From a virus (Duplodnaviria > Caudoviricetes), in the IMG/VR virus record IMGVR_UViG_3300003860_000009, positions 1-46,543 of that record: DNA of 46,543 bases; one strand, given 5' to 3'. The notes under the pieces were generated by a model. That model was not told the origin of the DNA. It did no database searches and worked only from the letters and a program-made list of their open reading frames with translations. Positions 18,468 through 27,235 of the stretch are shown piece after piece. Both the position numbers and the translations under genes were made by a program. Position 1 is the first letter of the stretch. Each line of letters starts with the position of its first letter.

Positions 18468-19160
18468 ATGTTACCATTAACTGATTTACATAGTCAATTA
18501 GATGAAGCACTGAATATAAATTCTTCAGAGTCAAATTTTAGTACATTATATTATACTGATTTAATTAATGGTCAACGATCACTTTGGTTACGTAATGAGT
18601 ATAATAAGAATAGAACTATTGATCCTAACATTCAGCAAAGTATTTGTGATTTAGAATTAGAATTGGTAGATCCTACTTGTTGTGATTGTGTAACATTACC
18701 TATTTCTTGTAAAATACTTAGATCAATTGTTCCAATTCCTAATACTATAGAGTTCTATTTTACTAAAGGTTTAACCTCAGTTGGTCCTGTAGATATTACT
18801 AAAAGAAGATTCACTATTATTGATTACGCTAGAGTTCCTTATATAGGAGCAGGAAGAACTACTCAGAACACAGTTTATGTATTCATGTATAATAATTATG
18901 TTCATGTAATTAGTGCTAGTTCTTTAATTATTAATATGAAATACATTAATGTTAGAGGGTTATTTGAAGATCCTACTAAGATTGGTGATTTTTGTGATTG
19001 TGCTAATAAACCATGTTGGTCGCCCAATGAAATATATCCTATTAATTTATGGATGTGGGAGTACATGAAACCTATTATAGTTCAAGGATTACAACAGAAA
19101 AAAATTAATAAACTTGATGACAGCAATAATGGAAAAGACGATACAGCAGAGCAGAAATAA
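18468..19160 (+). CDS. Tail ring protein
   Basis: 230 aa; IN.QRSLWL, Q.ICDLELE.VD, LRS..PIP, VRGLFEDP and YPI motifs as in crAss-like ring proteins; Cys-rich. Confidence 0.7.
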   Translation: MLPLTDLHSQLDEALNINSSESNFSTLYYTDLINGQRSLWLRNEYNKNRTIDPNIQQSICDLELELVDPTCCDCVTLPISCKILRSIVPIPNTIEFYFTKGLTSVGPVDITKRRFTIIDYARVPYIGAGRTTQNTVYVFMYNNYVHVISASSLIINMKYINVRGLFEDPTKIGDFCDCANKPCWSPNEIYPINLWMWEYMKPIIVQGLQQKKINKLDDSNNGKDDTAEQK

Positions 19161-19662
19161 TGGATTCAAAAGAACTGGTGGAAAGTTAAATAGTGACGTA
19201 TTACGTTATCAGTTCTATAGTGATTATGCAAAGACTTTACCAGTATCAGAAAGAATTGGTAGAACAAGTTTTAATAGATTTACAAAAGATTTAATCAGTA
19301 CTTTAGTAACTGCTATAATTGAAGAAAATTTAGAATTAAAGTTTGCACATATCGGAAGATTGAGAGTTAGAGAAAAAGTGATTAAAACTGTAAATATAAG
19401 AGTTGATTGGAAGACCACATGGGAATATTGGAATGAAAAATATCCTGATTTAACTCGTGATGAAATTCTTCAAATAAAAAATAAAAAAACATTACGTTTT
19501 GATAATGAAATAAGTGCATATAATTATTCATTTTATTGGGATAAATTAACAGTAACTTATCCAATTCTAAGATATTATAAATTTAAAGCATCAAAACATA
19601 ACAGTGTAGCATTAAATAAATCAATTATTAACCCCAATAGAAAAGTATTTTATTATGGATAG
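19129..19662 (+). CDS. IHF/HU-like basic protein of the crAss-like tail module
   Basis: Basic protein. F..F.KDL....V.AIIEE..ELKF.HIG.LRV resembles the IHF fold; VDWK.T...W and Y.FYW.K are recalled from crAss-like homologues. Start uncertain (19114/19117/19129); overlaps the upstream gene. Confidence 0.6.
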   Translation: MEKTIQQSRNNGFKRTGGKLNSDVLRYQFYSDYAKTLPVSERIGRTSFNRFTKDLISTLVTAIIEENLELKFAHIGRLRVREKVIKTVNIRVDWKTTWEYWNEKYPDLTRDEILQIKNKKTLRFDNEISAYNYSFYWDKLTVTYPILRYYKFKASKHNSVALNKSIINPNRKVFYYG

Positions 19663-19933
19663 TGAATATAAAACTGAAAGTGGAGAAACTAAAGGTACTG
19701 AAGTATCTTGGTCTAAAAGAACTAAGAGTTCGGATGGTATTGAAGTAAGAATTGATGTTGAGAAAATTGAGAATGGATTCTTAAAAACTACTTGTACAGA
19801 AGGTAAAAATTCAAATGGTGGATATGAATATAAAACCATAAAAGAATTTTCAGAAACTAATCCTTTCGAAACTGAAGAAAAAGAAGAAATGTCATTAGTT
19901 GACAAATTAGCAGACTATTTTAAAAATAAATAA
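19655..19933 (+). CDS. Small acidic hypothetical protein
   Basis: 92 aa, E/K/S-rich, overlaps the upstream stop and abuts the downstream start. Confidence 0.6.
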   Translation: MDSEYKTESGETKGTEVSWSKRTKSSDGIEVRIDVEKIENGFLKTTCTEGKNSNGGYEYKTIKEFSETNPFETEEKEEMSLVDKLADYFKNK

Positions 19934-19935
19934 TT

Positions 19936-21075
19936 ATGTATTCTGGAAAAGTAATATCTTATAAATTAATCGTCAATAAACTATTCAGAGATTTTCCGTT
20001 CGATGATAGAATCAACGATGAAGAATGTCTTGAGTGGCTTGCTGAATTTATGAGTCATACTAATTCAGGTGTTGTAATGGAAGCTAAAGTAGGTTATATT
20101 GACGTTTGCGATGGTCGAGGTGATTTACCTTTTGATCTACATAAAATTAAACAATGTGCTCAATTACTTGGTATAGAAAATGCAGAGCAAGCTGAATGTG
20201 GTGAAGGTACTATTGTTCCTATGAGATGGTCTACTGATAATTTTCATTCAAGGTATCATTCTGATTCAAGAGATTATACCAGTTCATCTGGAGCAACCTA
20301 TACAGTTGGTCAAGGATTTGTATTTCCTTCATTTTCTTGTGGTGTAATAGCATTGTCTTATGAAGCTATTCCTACTGATTGTGAAGGTTATCCTACTATT
20401 CCAGCAGAACAACAATGGGTGGAAGCAGCAACTCATTATATCGCTCAAAAGATTGCTAAGAAGATGTTCCTTCGAGGTGAAATGACAGAAAACAAATTCG
20501 AACTTATTGAAAAAGATCGTAATTGGTACTTCTCACAAGCAGTAAATCATTCGAAACAATGGAATGGTGTTGATGAAGCAGAAAGTTTCAAGAATCAAAT
20601 GGTTCGTACTATTCCTAGCATCAATGACCATAAGAATTTCTTTGCAAATATGCAGATTCCAGAACAACGTTATTTTAATGGTGCTACAAACACTACTTCT
20701 TCTTTTGGTGGAAGTATTAGTAATAATACTGTAAGTGGTCTACAATCAAACGCAAATACTTCTCAGGTTAATTATTTACCAATATTAATTACTGGTGCTG
20801 CTGGAACAATAACTAACAGTGGAGCAACTTGTATTAATAATTTAACATCTTATGGAAATACTCCAATTACCAATTACGGTATTGTATATTCTATTGGTTC
20901 AATGCCTGATACATCTGATTCAGTAATGAGTTTGGGAGCAATTACTTCTCCTGGTTCATTTACAACTGTTTTATCAGGATTACTTGCAAATACTACATAT
21001 CATGTAAGAACGTTCGCTACACATAGTACAGGAACGTCTTATGGAAATGAAATAACTTTTACAACATTACCATAA
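19936..21075 (+). CDS. Tail tubular/ring protein (P22 gp4-like adaptor) with C-terminal FN3-like extension
   Basis: N-terminal ~250 aa with LPFDLHKI and Y.AIPTD.EGYPTIP, located just before the muzzle gene. A S/T/N linker is followed by GLLANTTYHVRTFAT...GTSYGNEITFTT. Confidence 0.75.
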   Translation: MYSGKVISYKLIVNKLFRDFPFDDRINDEECLEWLAEFMSHTNSGVVMEAKVGYIDVCDGRGDLPFDLHKIKQCAQLLGIENAEQAECGEGTIVPMRWSTDNFHSRYHSDSRDYTSSSGATYTVGQGFVFPSFSCGVIALSYEAIPTDCEGYPTIPAEQQWVEAATHYIAQKIAKKMFLRGEMTENKFELIEKDRNWYFSQAVNHSKQWNGVDEAESFKNQMVRTIPSINDHKNFFANMQIPEQRYFNGATNTTSSFGGSISNNTVSGLQSNANTSQVNYLPILITGAAGTITNSGATCINNLTSYGNTPITNYGIVYSIGSMPDTSDSVMSLGAITSPGSFTTVLSGLLANTTYHVRTFATHSTGTSYGNEITFTTLP

Positions 21076-24000
21076 TGGAAACTACAGCTAATACATACGG
21101 AGGATTGAATATGGACACATCTTATGATAGTATTCCAAATACTTTTTATATAGATGCTTTAGATGTTAGAATTACTACAGTTAAAGGTGAATCTCAAGGT
21201 TCTATATCAAATATAAAAGGTAATCTTTTATCATTTAGTATTCCTCAATTAGGTACTGGTGTTAGTGAAATTATAGGATCAACAGCCATTAGAAATACAA
21301 TTATTCTGTTTATTACAGATACTTCTAATGCAAAAGGTTGGATTTATAAATTAATTTATAATGATGTTAATCACACTATATTAACTGGTCCAACTTTAGT
21401 TTATTATAATGCTACTTTTGGATTCAGTAAATTATATCCTATTGAAGCAGTTGGTAGATATGAATCAGATTTAATTCAAAGAATTTATTGGAGTGATTAT
21501 AATAGTCCTTTAAGATCTTTGAATATTGCTGATCCAAATGTTTTAATAACTGATCTATCATTGATTGATGTAAATCCTTATGTAGGTTATACACAACCAT
21601 TATTACAAGCTGTAACTGGTGGTGGTAATTTATTAGTAGGTTTGTATCAAATAGCGTATAGATTAATTACTTTTGATGGGAAACAAACTCTGATTTCTCC
21701 TCCTAGTAATATGATTCATATTGTTTCTAATTCTGAAACAGTAACTAATTCAGCACAGTATGGAGGTGATCCCAAAGGTGTTAATAGTTTTAAATCAATT
21801 ACTTGCACTATAGATACTACTAATTACAGTAACTATGAGAAAATAGAATTAATTGTATTATTTCATGAAGATTTTCAAGGTACTCCAGTAATTAAGTCAA
21901 TAGAAACACAATCTATAGGAGTTGCTACAAGTGTTGTATTTACATATACTGGTTCTGAAACTACAGCAATTCCTTTAACATCAATAGATTTTGCTTTAAA
22001 ATCATATCCTTTTTCAACTTGTAAAACATTAACTCAAGTAGATAGTTCGTTAGTGATAGCTAATTTAAAAAGTACTTCTTTTGATATTCAATCATCTTTA
22101 GGGATTGGTGAGACTTTTGATGCTAGTACTTTAAGATACGATTCTGCTGGAACAACAATGGTTGGTAAAACTAATTTCAGAGCATCTGGTTCTCCTGTTT
22201 TTACAGCAGATGAAGTAAAGTTCAATACTATTTACAATGAAGATGCTCACTGGGATGCTCAATGGCATACTGATGGTCAATATAAATTTAAAGATGATGG
22301 TACAACATTAGGTGGTCAAGGACCAAATATTTCTTATACTTTTCATTTAGAATCAATGTTTATAAATGAAGGTAATACTTCATTTCCTGGAGTATTAGCA
22401 AGTACTCCTTACACTACTCATAATTTAATTGATGGGTATTCTTATAATAATACAACTTTTGATTCTCAAGGTTCTCCGTTTATCAGTGGATTACTAAGAG
22501 GATATAAACGTGGTGAAACATATCGTTTTGGAATTATATTCTATAATCTAAAAGGAGAAGCATCATTTGTAGAATACATAGGTGATATTAAATTTCCAGA
22601 TATTTCAGAAGCAGATGGTGTTGTAAATGGTTCTGGAGGAGTTTATTTTCCATTATCTCAAAATACTACAGGTACTTCTGCTGAAGCATATTCTATGGGT
22701 ATAAAGTTTGATATTGATTTTTCTACTTGTGCAACATTAATGTCTCAAGTAGACTCTTATCAAATAGTTCGATTAGATAGACTCAATGATGATAAACGAA
22801 GAATGTGTTCAGGAGTAATGAGAACATTTAGTAAAGCTCCTATTGGTGCTCCTCCTTCTGGTGGTTATGATTTACGAGTTGGGGGATCATCTGATGTATT
22901 ACACTTGGCATATATTACAGATTCTGGAAGAACAAATAATAATGGTTCTTTTTCTTATTTAGAAGATGTTGCAGCAAATGCGTCAAATCATGAATTGAAA
23001 GGTTCTTATATGACTTTTTATTCTCCTGAAATATCTTATAATTTTAATAATGTTAGTGATATTATTGTAGGTAATAGTTCTTCATTATTGTTAATAACTG
23101 GAGGATTTGAATATATTGATAATGTAGATACTAATTCTAATACTGTTTCTGATAGAAGTGCTATTGAGAAATTAGGAACTGATTGTGCTGATGTTAGATG
23201 GATTCTTAATCATGTAGTACCAGTAGATAAGGTTGGTGTTACTGCTACTTACCCAATTAATTCTAAAAGAAGGGGTATTGAATATGTAAAAAGAATTAAA
23301 CAAAAACAAAAAGTATCATTACCAAATTCTTTAGCTGAAAATGATGCTGCTATTGCTATTGTAACACCATTATTTGATGGTAATTATATGCGTAATTTTT
23401 ATGCTAGATCAAATCCTGCTTCAGGAGGTACTGCTAAAGATTTGAATAATTGTTCTTCTAGTGCAGGAGGTGATCAAGCTTTATTTAAAGGTGCTACTGG
23501 TATTACTGGAAATATAGTAAATATTACAAATGATATACTTACAAATGTTGCACTACCTGTAAGTTCAGCAACTGATTATTTTAATAGTACGAATGTAATC
23601 TCTCAAGGTTCTTCTATGGGTCAAGTACTATTAGATGTTATGATTCCTAAACAAGAAGTGTATGGTGGGTATAATGATTCAGCATTAGAAAATAATATAT
23701 TTATTCCAGCTTCTCCAGTTATTAAAAAAGCAAATACCACACCTATTGTATTCGGTGGTGATATATTTTTAAATACTTTTGTTTTCCAAGCAAGTTCTAC
23801 ATATAATAGTAGACTTTATTATAACGATGCTGTTAGTGCTGACCAGAAATATAAAGGTAATGTGTCATTAACACAATTATACACTGTTGAATCATGTGTT
23901 AATAGTGATTTAAATTATGGTGCTACTATTAAGTCAGGAGTAAAATTTAGTGTAGCAGGAGGTACGTCAGGAATACTTGATACTTTGTTTAGACAAGAAT

Positions 24001-25217
24001 CTAGCAATAGTGATCGAGGATATGCTAAAGTATATTCAATGTATGCTTATAATAATGTATATTCAGAATCTGCTTCGGATTTATCATTCTTTGTAAAACC
24101 TGTAAATTTATCATTATCTATAGTTAATGATATTAGAGCAATGATTTCTAATCCTAAGATTAATAATGAAGCACTTGACTCGTGGACTAAATTTCTTGTG
24201 AATAATTATTGGGATGTTGACGATCATGGACCAATTAATAAAATAATTAATTGGAGAGGTAATACTTACTTTTTCCAAGACAGTGCTGTTGGTAGTTATT
24301 CTATCAATCCTAGAGCAGTCGTAACAACTACTGATGGTGTAGAAACACAATTAGGAACTGGTCAAGGTATTACTTATCATAATTATATTACTACTGAAAA
24401 TGGATCTATTCATCAATGGGGAATTAAAGCAACTGATAAAGGAATTTATTATTTTGATGGATTAATTAAAAAAATATTTATATTAACAGGTGGTGTTTCT
24501 CCAATTTCTGAAATGAAAGGTGTTCATAGTTTTTTAAATAATTTAACTGGAGATGTTTTTCTTAAAAAAGAAAATGGTGGAGATAATCCTATCATGAGTA
24601 AAGGTGTTATAATTGGACAAGATATTGTAAATGATGAAATATTATTTACTTTTTTAGGAAATGCTGGTGAGCTTAGAACACCGAATAAAACAATTGTATT
24701 TGATGAATTAGCAAGTCAGTTTTCATCAAGATATTCTATTGTTCCAAAAGTTTATATCGACAATAAGAATATTCTATTGACTTCAGATCCTATCAGTCCA
24801 GACAAAGTATATCTTCAAAATGAAGGTGCTTATGGTAATTTTTATGGTATTGTTCAAGAATGTTTTGTTAAATTAGTAGTTAATGATAAAGCTGATGTAA
24901 ATAAGATACTTAGATTTATTGAATTTAATTCTATTGTAAGAGATTCAAATAAAGTAATTGATAGAACTATTACAATCACTGCTTTTAAAATAGAAACTGA
25001 AAATCAAACAACAAGTAAAGTTCCTTTCTCAGTTGATAGATTTAAACATAAATTTAACAAATGGAGATTGAAAATACCAAGAGATCAAAATAGTGCAACA
25101 AAACAAGGTAGATTGCGTAATACATATTTTATTGTAACTTTATACTTTGATAATACTTCTAATAAAGAACTTATATTAAATAGATTAATTTCTCATTACG
25201 ACATACAAATATTTTAA
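21075..25217 (+). CDS. Muzzle / tail stabilisation protein (P22 gp10-like)
   Basis: 1380 aa; GGLNMD start, RIYWSD...PLR.LNI, GYKRGETYRFGI.F, FGGDIF, ending ..W...IPR....GRLRN.Y, which is the crAss-like muzzle pattern. Confidence 0.85.
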   Translation: METTANTYGGLNMDTSYDSIPNTFYIDALDVRITTVKGESQGSISNIKGNLLSFSIPQLGTGVSEIIGSTAIRNTIILFITDTSNAKGWIYKLIYNDVNHTILTGPTLVYYNATFGFSKLYPIEAVGRYESDLIQRIYWSDYNSPLRSLNIADPNVLITDLSLIDVNPYVGYTQPLLQAVTGGGNLLVGLYQIAYRLITFDGKQTLISPPSNMIHIVSNSETVTNSAQYGGDPKGVNSFKSITCTIDTTNYSNYEKIELIVLFHEDFQGTPVIKSIETQSIGVATSVVFTYTGSETTAIPLTSIDFALKSYPFSTCKTLTQVDSSLVIANLKSTSFDIQSSLGIGETFDASTLRYDSAGTTMVGKTNFRASGSPVFTADEVKFNTIYNEDAHWDAQWHTDGQYKFKDDGTTLGGQGPNISYTFHLESMFINEGNTSFPGVLASTPYTTHNLIDGYSYNNTTFDSQGSPFISGLLRGYKRGETYRFGIIFYNLKGEASFVEYIGDIKFPDISEADGVVNGSGGVYFPLSQNTTGTSAEAYSMGIKFDIDFSTCATLMSQVDSYQIVRLDRLNDDKRRMCSGVMRTFSKAPIGAPPSGGYDLRVGGSSDVLHLAYITDSGRTNNNGSFSYLEDVAANASNHELKGSYMTFYSPEISYNFNNVSDIIVGNSSSLLLITGGFEYIDNVDTNSNTVSDRSAIEKLGTDCADVRWILNHVVPVDKVGVTATYPINSKRRGIEYVKRIKQKQKVSLPNSLAENDAAIAIVTPLFDGNYMRNFYARSNPASGGTAKDLNNCSSSAGGDQALFKGATGITGNIVNITNDILTNVALPVSSATDYFNSTNVISQGSSMGQVLLDVMIPKQEVYGGYNDSALENNIFIPASPVIKKANTTPIVFGGDIFLNTFVFQASSTYNSRLYYNDAVSADQKYKGNVSLTQLYTVESCVNSDLNYGATIKSGVKFSVAGGTSGILDTLFRQESSNSDRGYAKVYSMYAYNNVYSESASDLSFFVKPVNLSLSIVNDIRAMISNPKINNEALDSWTKFLVNNYWDVDDHGPINKIINWRGNTYFFQDSAVGSYSINPRAVVTTTDGVETQLGTGQGITYHNYITTENGSIHQWGIKATDKGIYYFDGLIKKIFILTGGVSPISEMKGVHSFLNNLTGDVFLKKENGGDNPIMSKGVIIGQDIVNDEILFTFLGNAGELRTPNKTIVFDELASQFSSRYSIVPKVYIDNKNILLTSDPISPDKVYLQNEGAYGNFYGIVQECFVKLVVNDKADVNKILRFIEFNSIVRDSNKVIDRTITITAFKIETENQTTSKVPFSVDRFKHKFNKWRLKIPRDQNSATKQGRLRNTYFIVTLYFDNTSNKELILNRLISHYDIQIF

Positions 25218-25219
25218 TT

Positions 25220-27205
25220 ATGGAAAATATTCAATCTCTTTCAGATCAAAATGCTGGTCAACTTACTCAGTTCAATGCTGGTGGTTCACATCAAGAAAAC
25301 CAAAATGGAGGTATATCTCAAGGTATTGGTCCTAACGGTCAACAAAATATGGTTGAGCAAGGAGAGACGAAACTGAATGCAAAAAATTATATTTATTCAG
25401 ATACTTTGAAAGTAGATAAAAATACTGTTAAGGATTTCTATTTTCCATCAAAGTATATTGGTAAAACATTTGCTGAAGTTTCTAAATTAATGGAACGTCC
25501 TGATTCCAAAAGAAAATATGATAGTATTGAGGAAGCTTCTAAGAAAAGAGATTTAGAAGCATTGATGTCAGCACAAGAAACACTCAAACAAAAGAGTCTT
25601 GAAAAAGATATGAATGAAATGATGATTAAACATCCAGAGTTCATGTCTTCAATGATGGCTCAACAACCACAAGAACAACCTATGGTAGATCCTAGTAGTG
25701 CACCAATAGAAAATCCTCAAATTGGTGAACAACTTCCTCCACAGTCTCCTATGGCTAAAATGGGAGGTTTTCAAAATCACTATGGTTTAGGTGGAGATTT
25801 AAAAGATATTGGTAGAAATTATGTAACTGCTGTGGGTGATTCTGCTTTAGGAGCATTTGGTATGGGTGATGTAATAAAAGATTCTGCTTATACTGGAGCA
25901 GGTTCTGAATTTACAAGAGGTGCTGCTGATGTTATGGGTAAGGTTGGTAAAGTAGCTTTACCAATTGTTGCTAACATGGTTGTTCCTGGTTCTGGAGCAG
26001 TTATAGCAGGTGCTCAACAAATGGGTGGTCAAGTTAATCCTCAAGATAATACACTAGATGGAAATGTAAACACAGCATCAATTCAACAATCTTTAGATTC
26101 TAATGGTAGACCAATTCAAACATTTGCTTATGGTGGTGGTTTAGGGAATCCTCCTGAAGGTGATCCACTATCAAATGAAGAATATTTGAATAGTCTTAAC
26201 AAACCATTTGTTCCAAAAAAGATTGCTCCTGTCGCTCCTACTCCTCTCCCTATATATAATAGTTTATATCCTGCTATTAATTCAATTGATTATAGTGGTT
26301 CTGAAGATGGTGGTACAGCATTAGGAAGTAGACCTAGTATTGTTCGTGCTCCAGAAGTTCCAGAAGTTCCAGAAATTCCAAAACCTTCTAATGATGGAAC
26401 TGTTTTTGATTTTGAAAATCAAAATGTACAACCTCCTTCTGAAAATCAAAATGTTCCTTGGGATAATAGTATGAGTTTTGCTTCTATGGATATGGTTAAT
26501 ACTAGTAATGGACTTAATGCTGATGGTAGTAAGGTTGGTAGTGGTGTTTTAGCATCACATAGTGGAACATTACCTGATCAAGGTGGTATTGGTACAAATG
26601 AAACAAAACAAACAGCTTTAAATGCTGCAGGTACATATTTACCAGCTGCATATAATATCGGTATGGGATTGTTTGGTAAAGTTGGTAAATTAAATGCTGA
26701 AGATTATATTAACAATACTAAACTTTCTAATTGGAGAAATAATATTAATCCTCAATTAAAAGCTAGTGATGAAGCATTTGCTTCTGGTCATGCTGGATTA
26801 AGAGGTTCTGGTGCTGGTGGTGGTGCTTATCTTGCTAATATGCAAGCACTGGCTAATCAACAAGGAATGCAAAAAGCAGGTATTCATGCAAATGCTGAAA
26901 ATGATTATAATAGTCGTCAATTACAAATTGATCAAATGAACGCTTCCAGAGGTGATCAAGCTGCTCAAATGCGTTTACAAATTGCTCAATATAACGCACA
27001 AGCAAAAGCTGCTAAAACTAAAACATTGCAAGAAGGTTTAGGTCAAATTGGACAAATTGCTCAATCTAATACTCAAAATAAATTAGCAGCTTCTGCCAAT
27101 AAAATGTATTCTCCTACTTATGGTGGAGATCAAGGAACGCATACTAGCTATGTTCAATATTTAGAGAATTTGGTTAATCAGAATAAAAATGCAAAAACAA
27201 ATTAA
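25220..27205 (+). CDS. Virion cargo/ejection protein 1
   Basis: 661 aa; FNAGGSHQEN..GGI..G......VEQGET....YIYSD N-terminal motif of crAss-like cargo protein, G/A-rich hydrophobic segments, Q-rich coiled coil. Confidence 0.7.
   Translation: MENIQSLSDQNAGQLTQFNAGGSHQENQNGGISQGIGPNGQQNMVEQGETKLNAKNYIYSDTLKVDKNTVKDFYFPSKYIGKTFAEVSKLMERPDSKRKYDSIEEASKKRDLEALMSAQETLKQKSLEKDMNEMMIKHPEFMSSMMAQQPQEQPMVDPSSAPIENPQIGEQLPPQSPMAKMGGFQNHYGLGGDLKDIGRNYVTAVGDSALGAFGMGDVIKDSAYTGAGSEFTRGAADVMGKVGKVALPIVANMVVPGSGAVIAGAQQMGGQVNPQDNTLDGNVNTASIQQSLDSNGRPIQTFAYGGGLGNPPEGDPLSNEEYLNSLNKPFVPKKIAPVAPTPLPIYNSLYPAINSIDYSGSEDGGTALGSRPSIVRAPEVPEVPEIPKPSNDGTVFDFENQNVQPPSENQNVPWDNSMSFASMDMVNTSNGLNADGSKVGSGVLASHSGTLPDQGGIGTNETKQTALNAAGTYLPAAYNIGMGLFGKVGKLNAEDYINNTKLSNWRNNINPQLKASDEAFASGHAGLRGSGAGGGAYLANMQALANQQGMQKAGIHANAENDYNSRQLQIDQMNASRGDQAAQMRLQIAQYNAQAKAAKTKTLQEGLGQIGQIAQSNTQNKLAASANKMYSPTYGGDQGTHTSYVQYLENLVNQNKNAKTN
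26351..26458 (+). repeat. Short in-frame tandem repeats in the cargo protein linker
   Basis: CCAGAAGTT x2 plus CCAGAAATT (PEVPEVPEI), and GAAAATCAAAATGT x2 (ENQNV). Confidence 0.7.
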
Positions 27206-27209
27206 TTAC

Positions 27210-27217
27210 TATCTTTG
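27210..27217 (+). promoter_or_regulatory. Bacteroidota -7 promoter element
   Basis: TATCTTTG in a 30-nt intergenic gap, 26 nt before ATG 27236. Confidence 0.65.
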
Positions 27218-27235
27218 TTATTAAAAATATAGAAT

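Noticed and set aside
4100-19126. GACAGCAA occurring at about 4102, inverted in the terminator loop at about 10064, and at about 19119
   Set aside because: Short match in inconsistent contexts and orientations; compatible with chance in 46 kb
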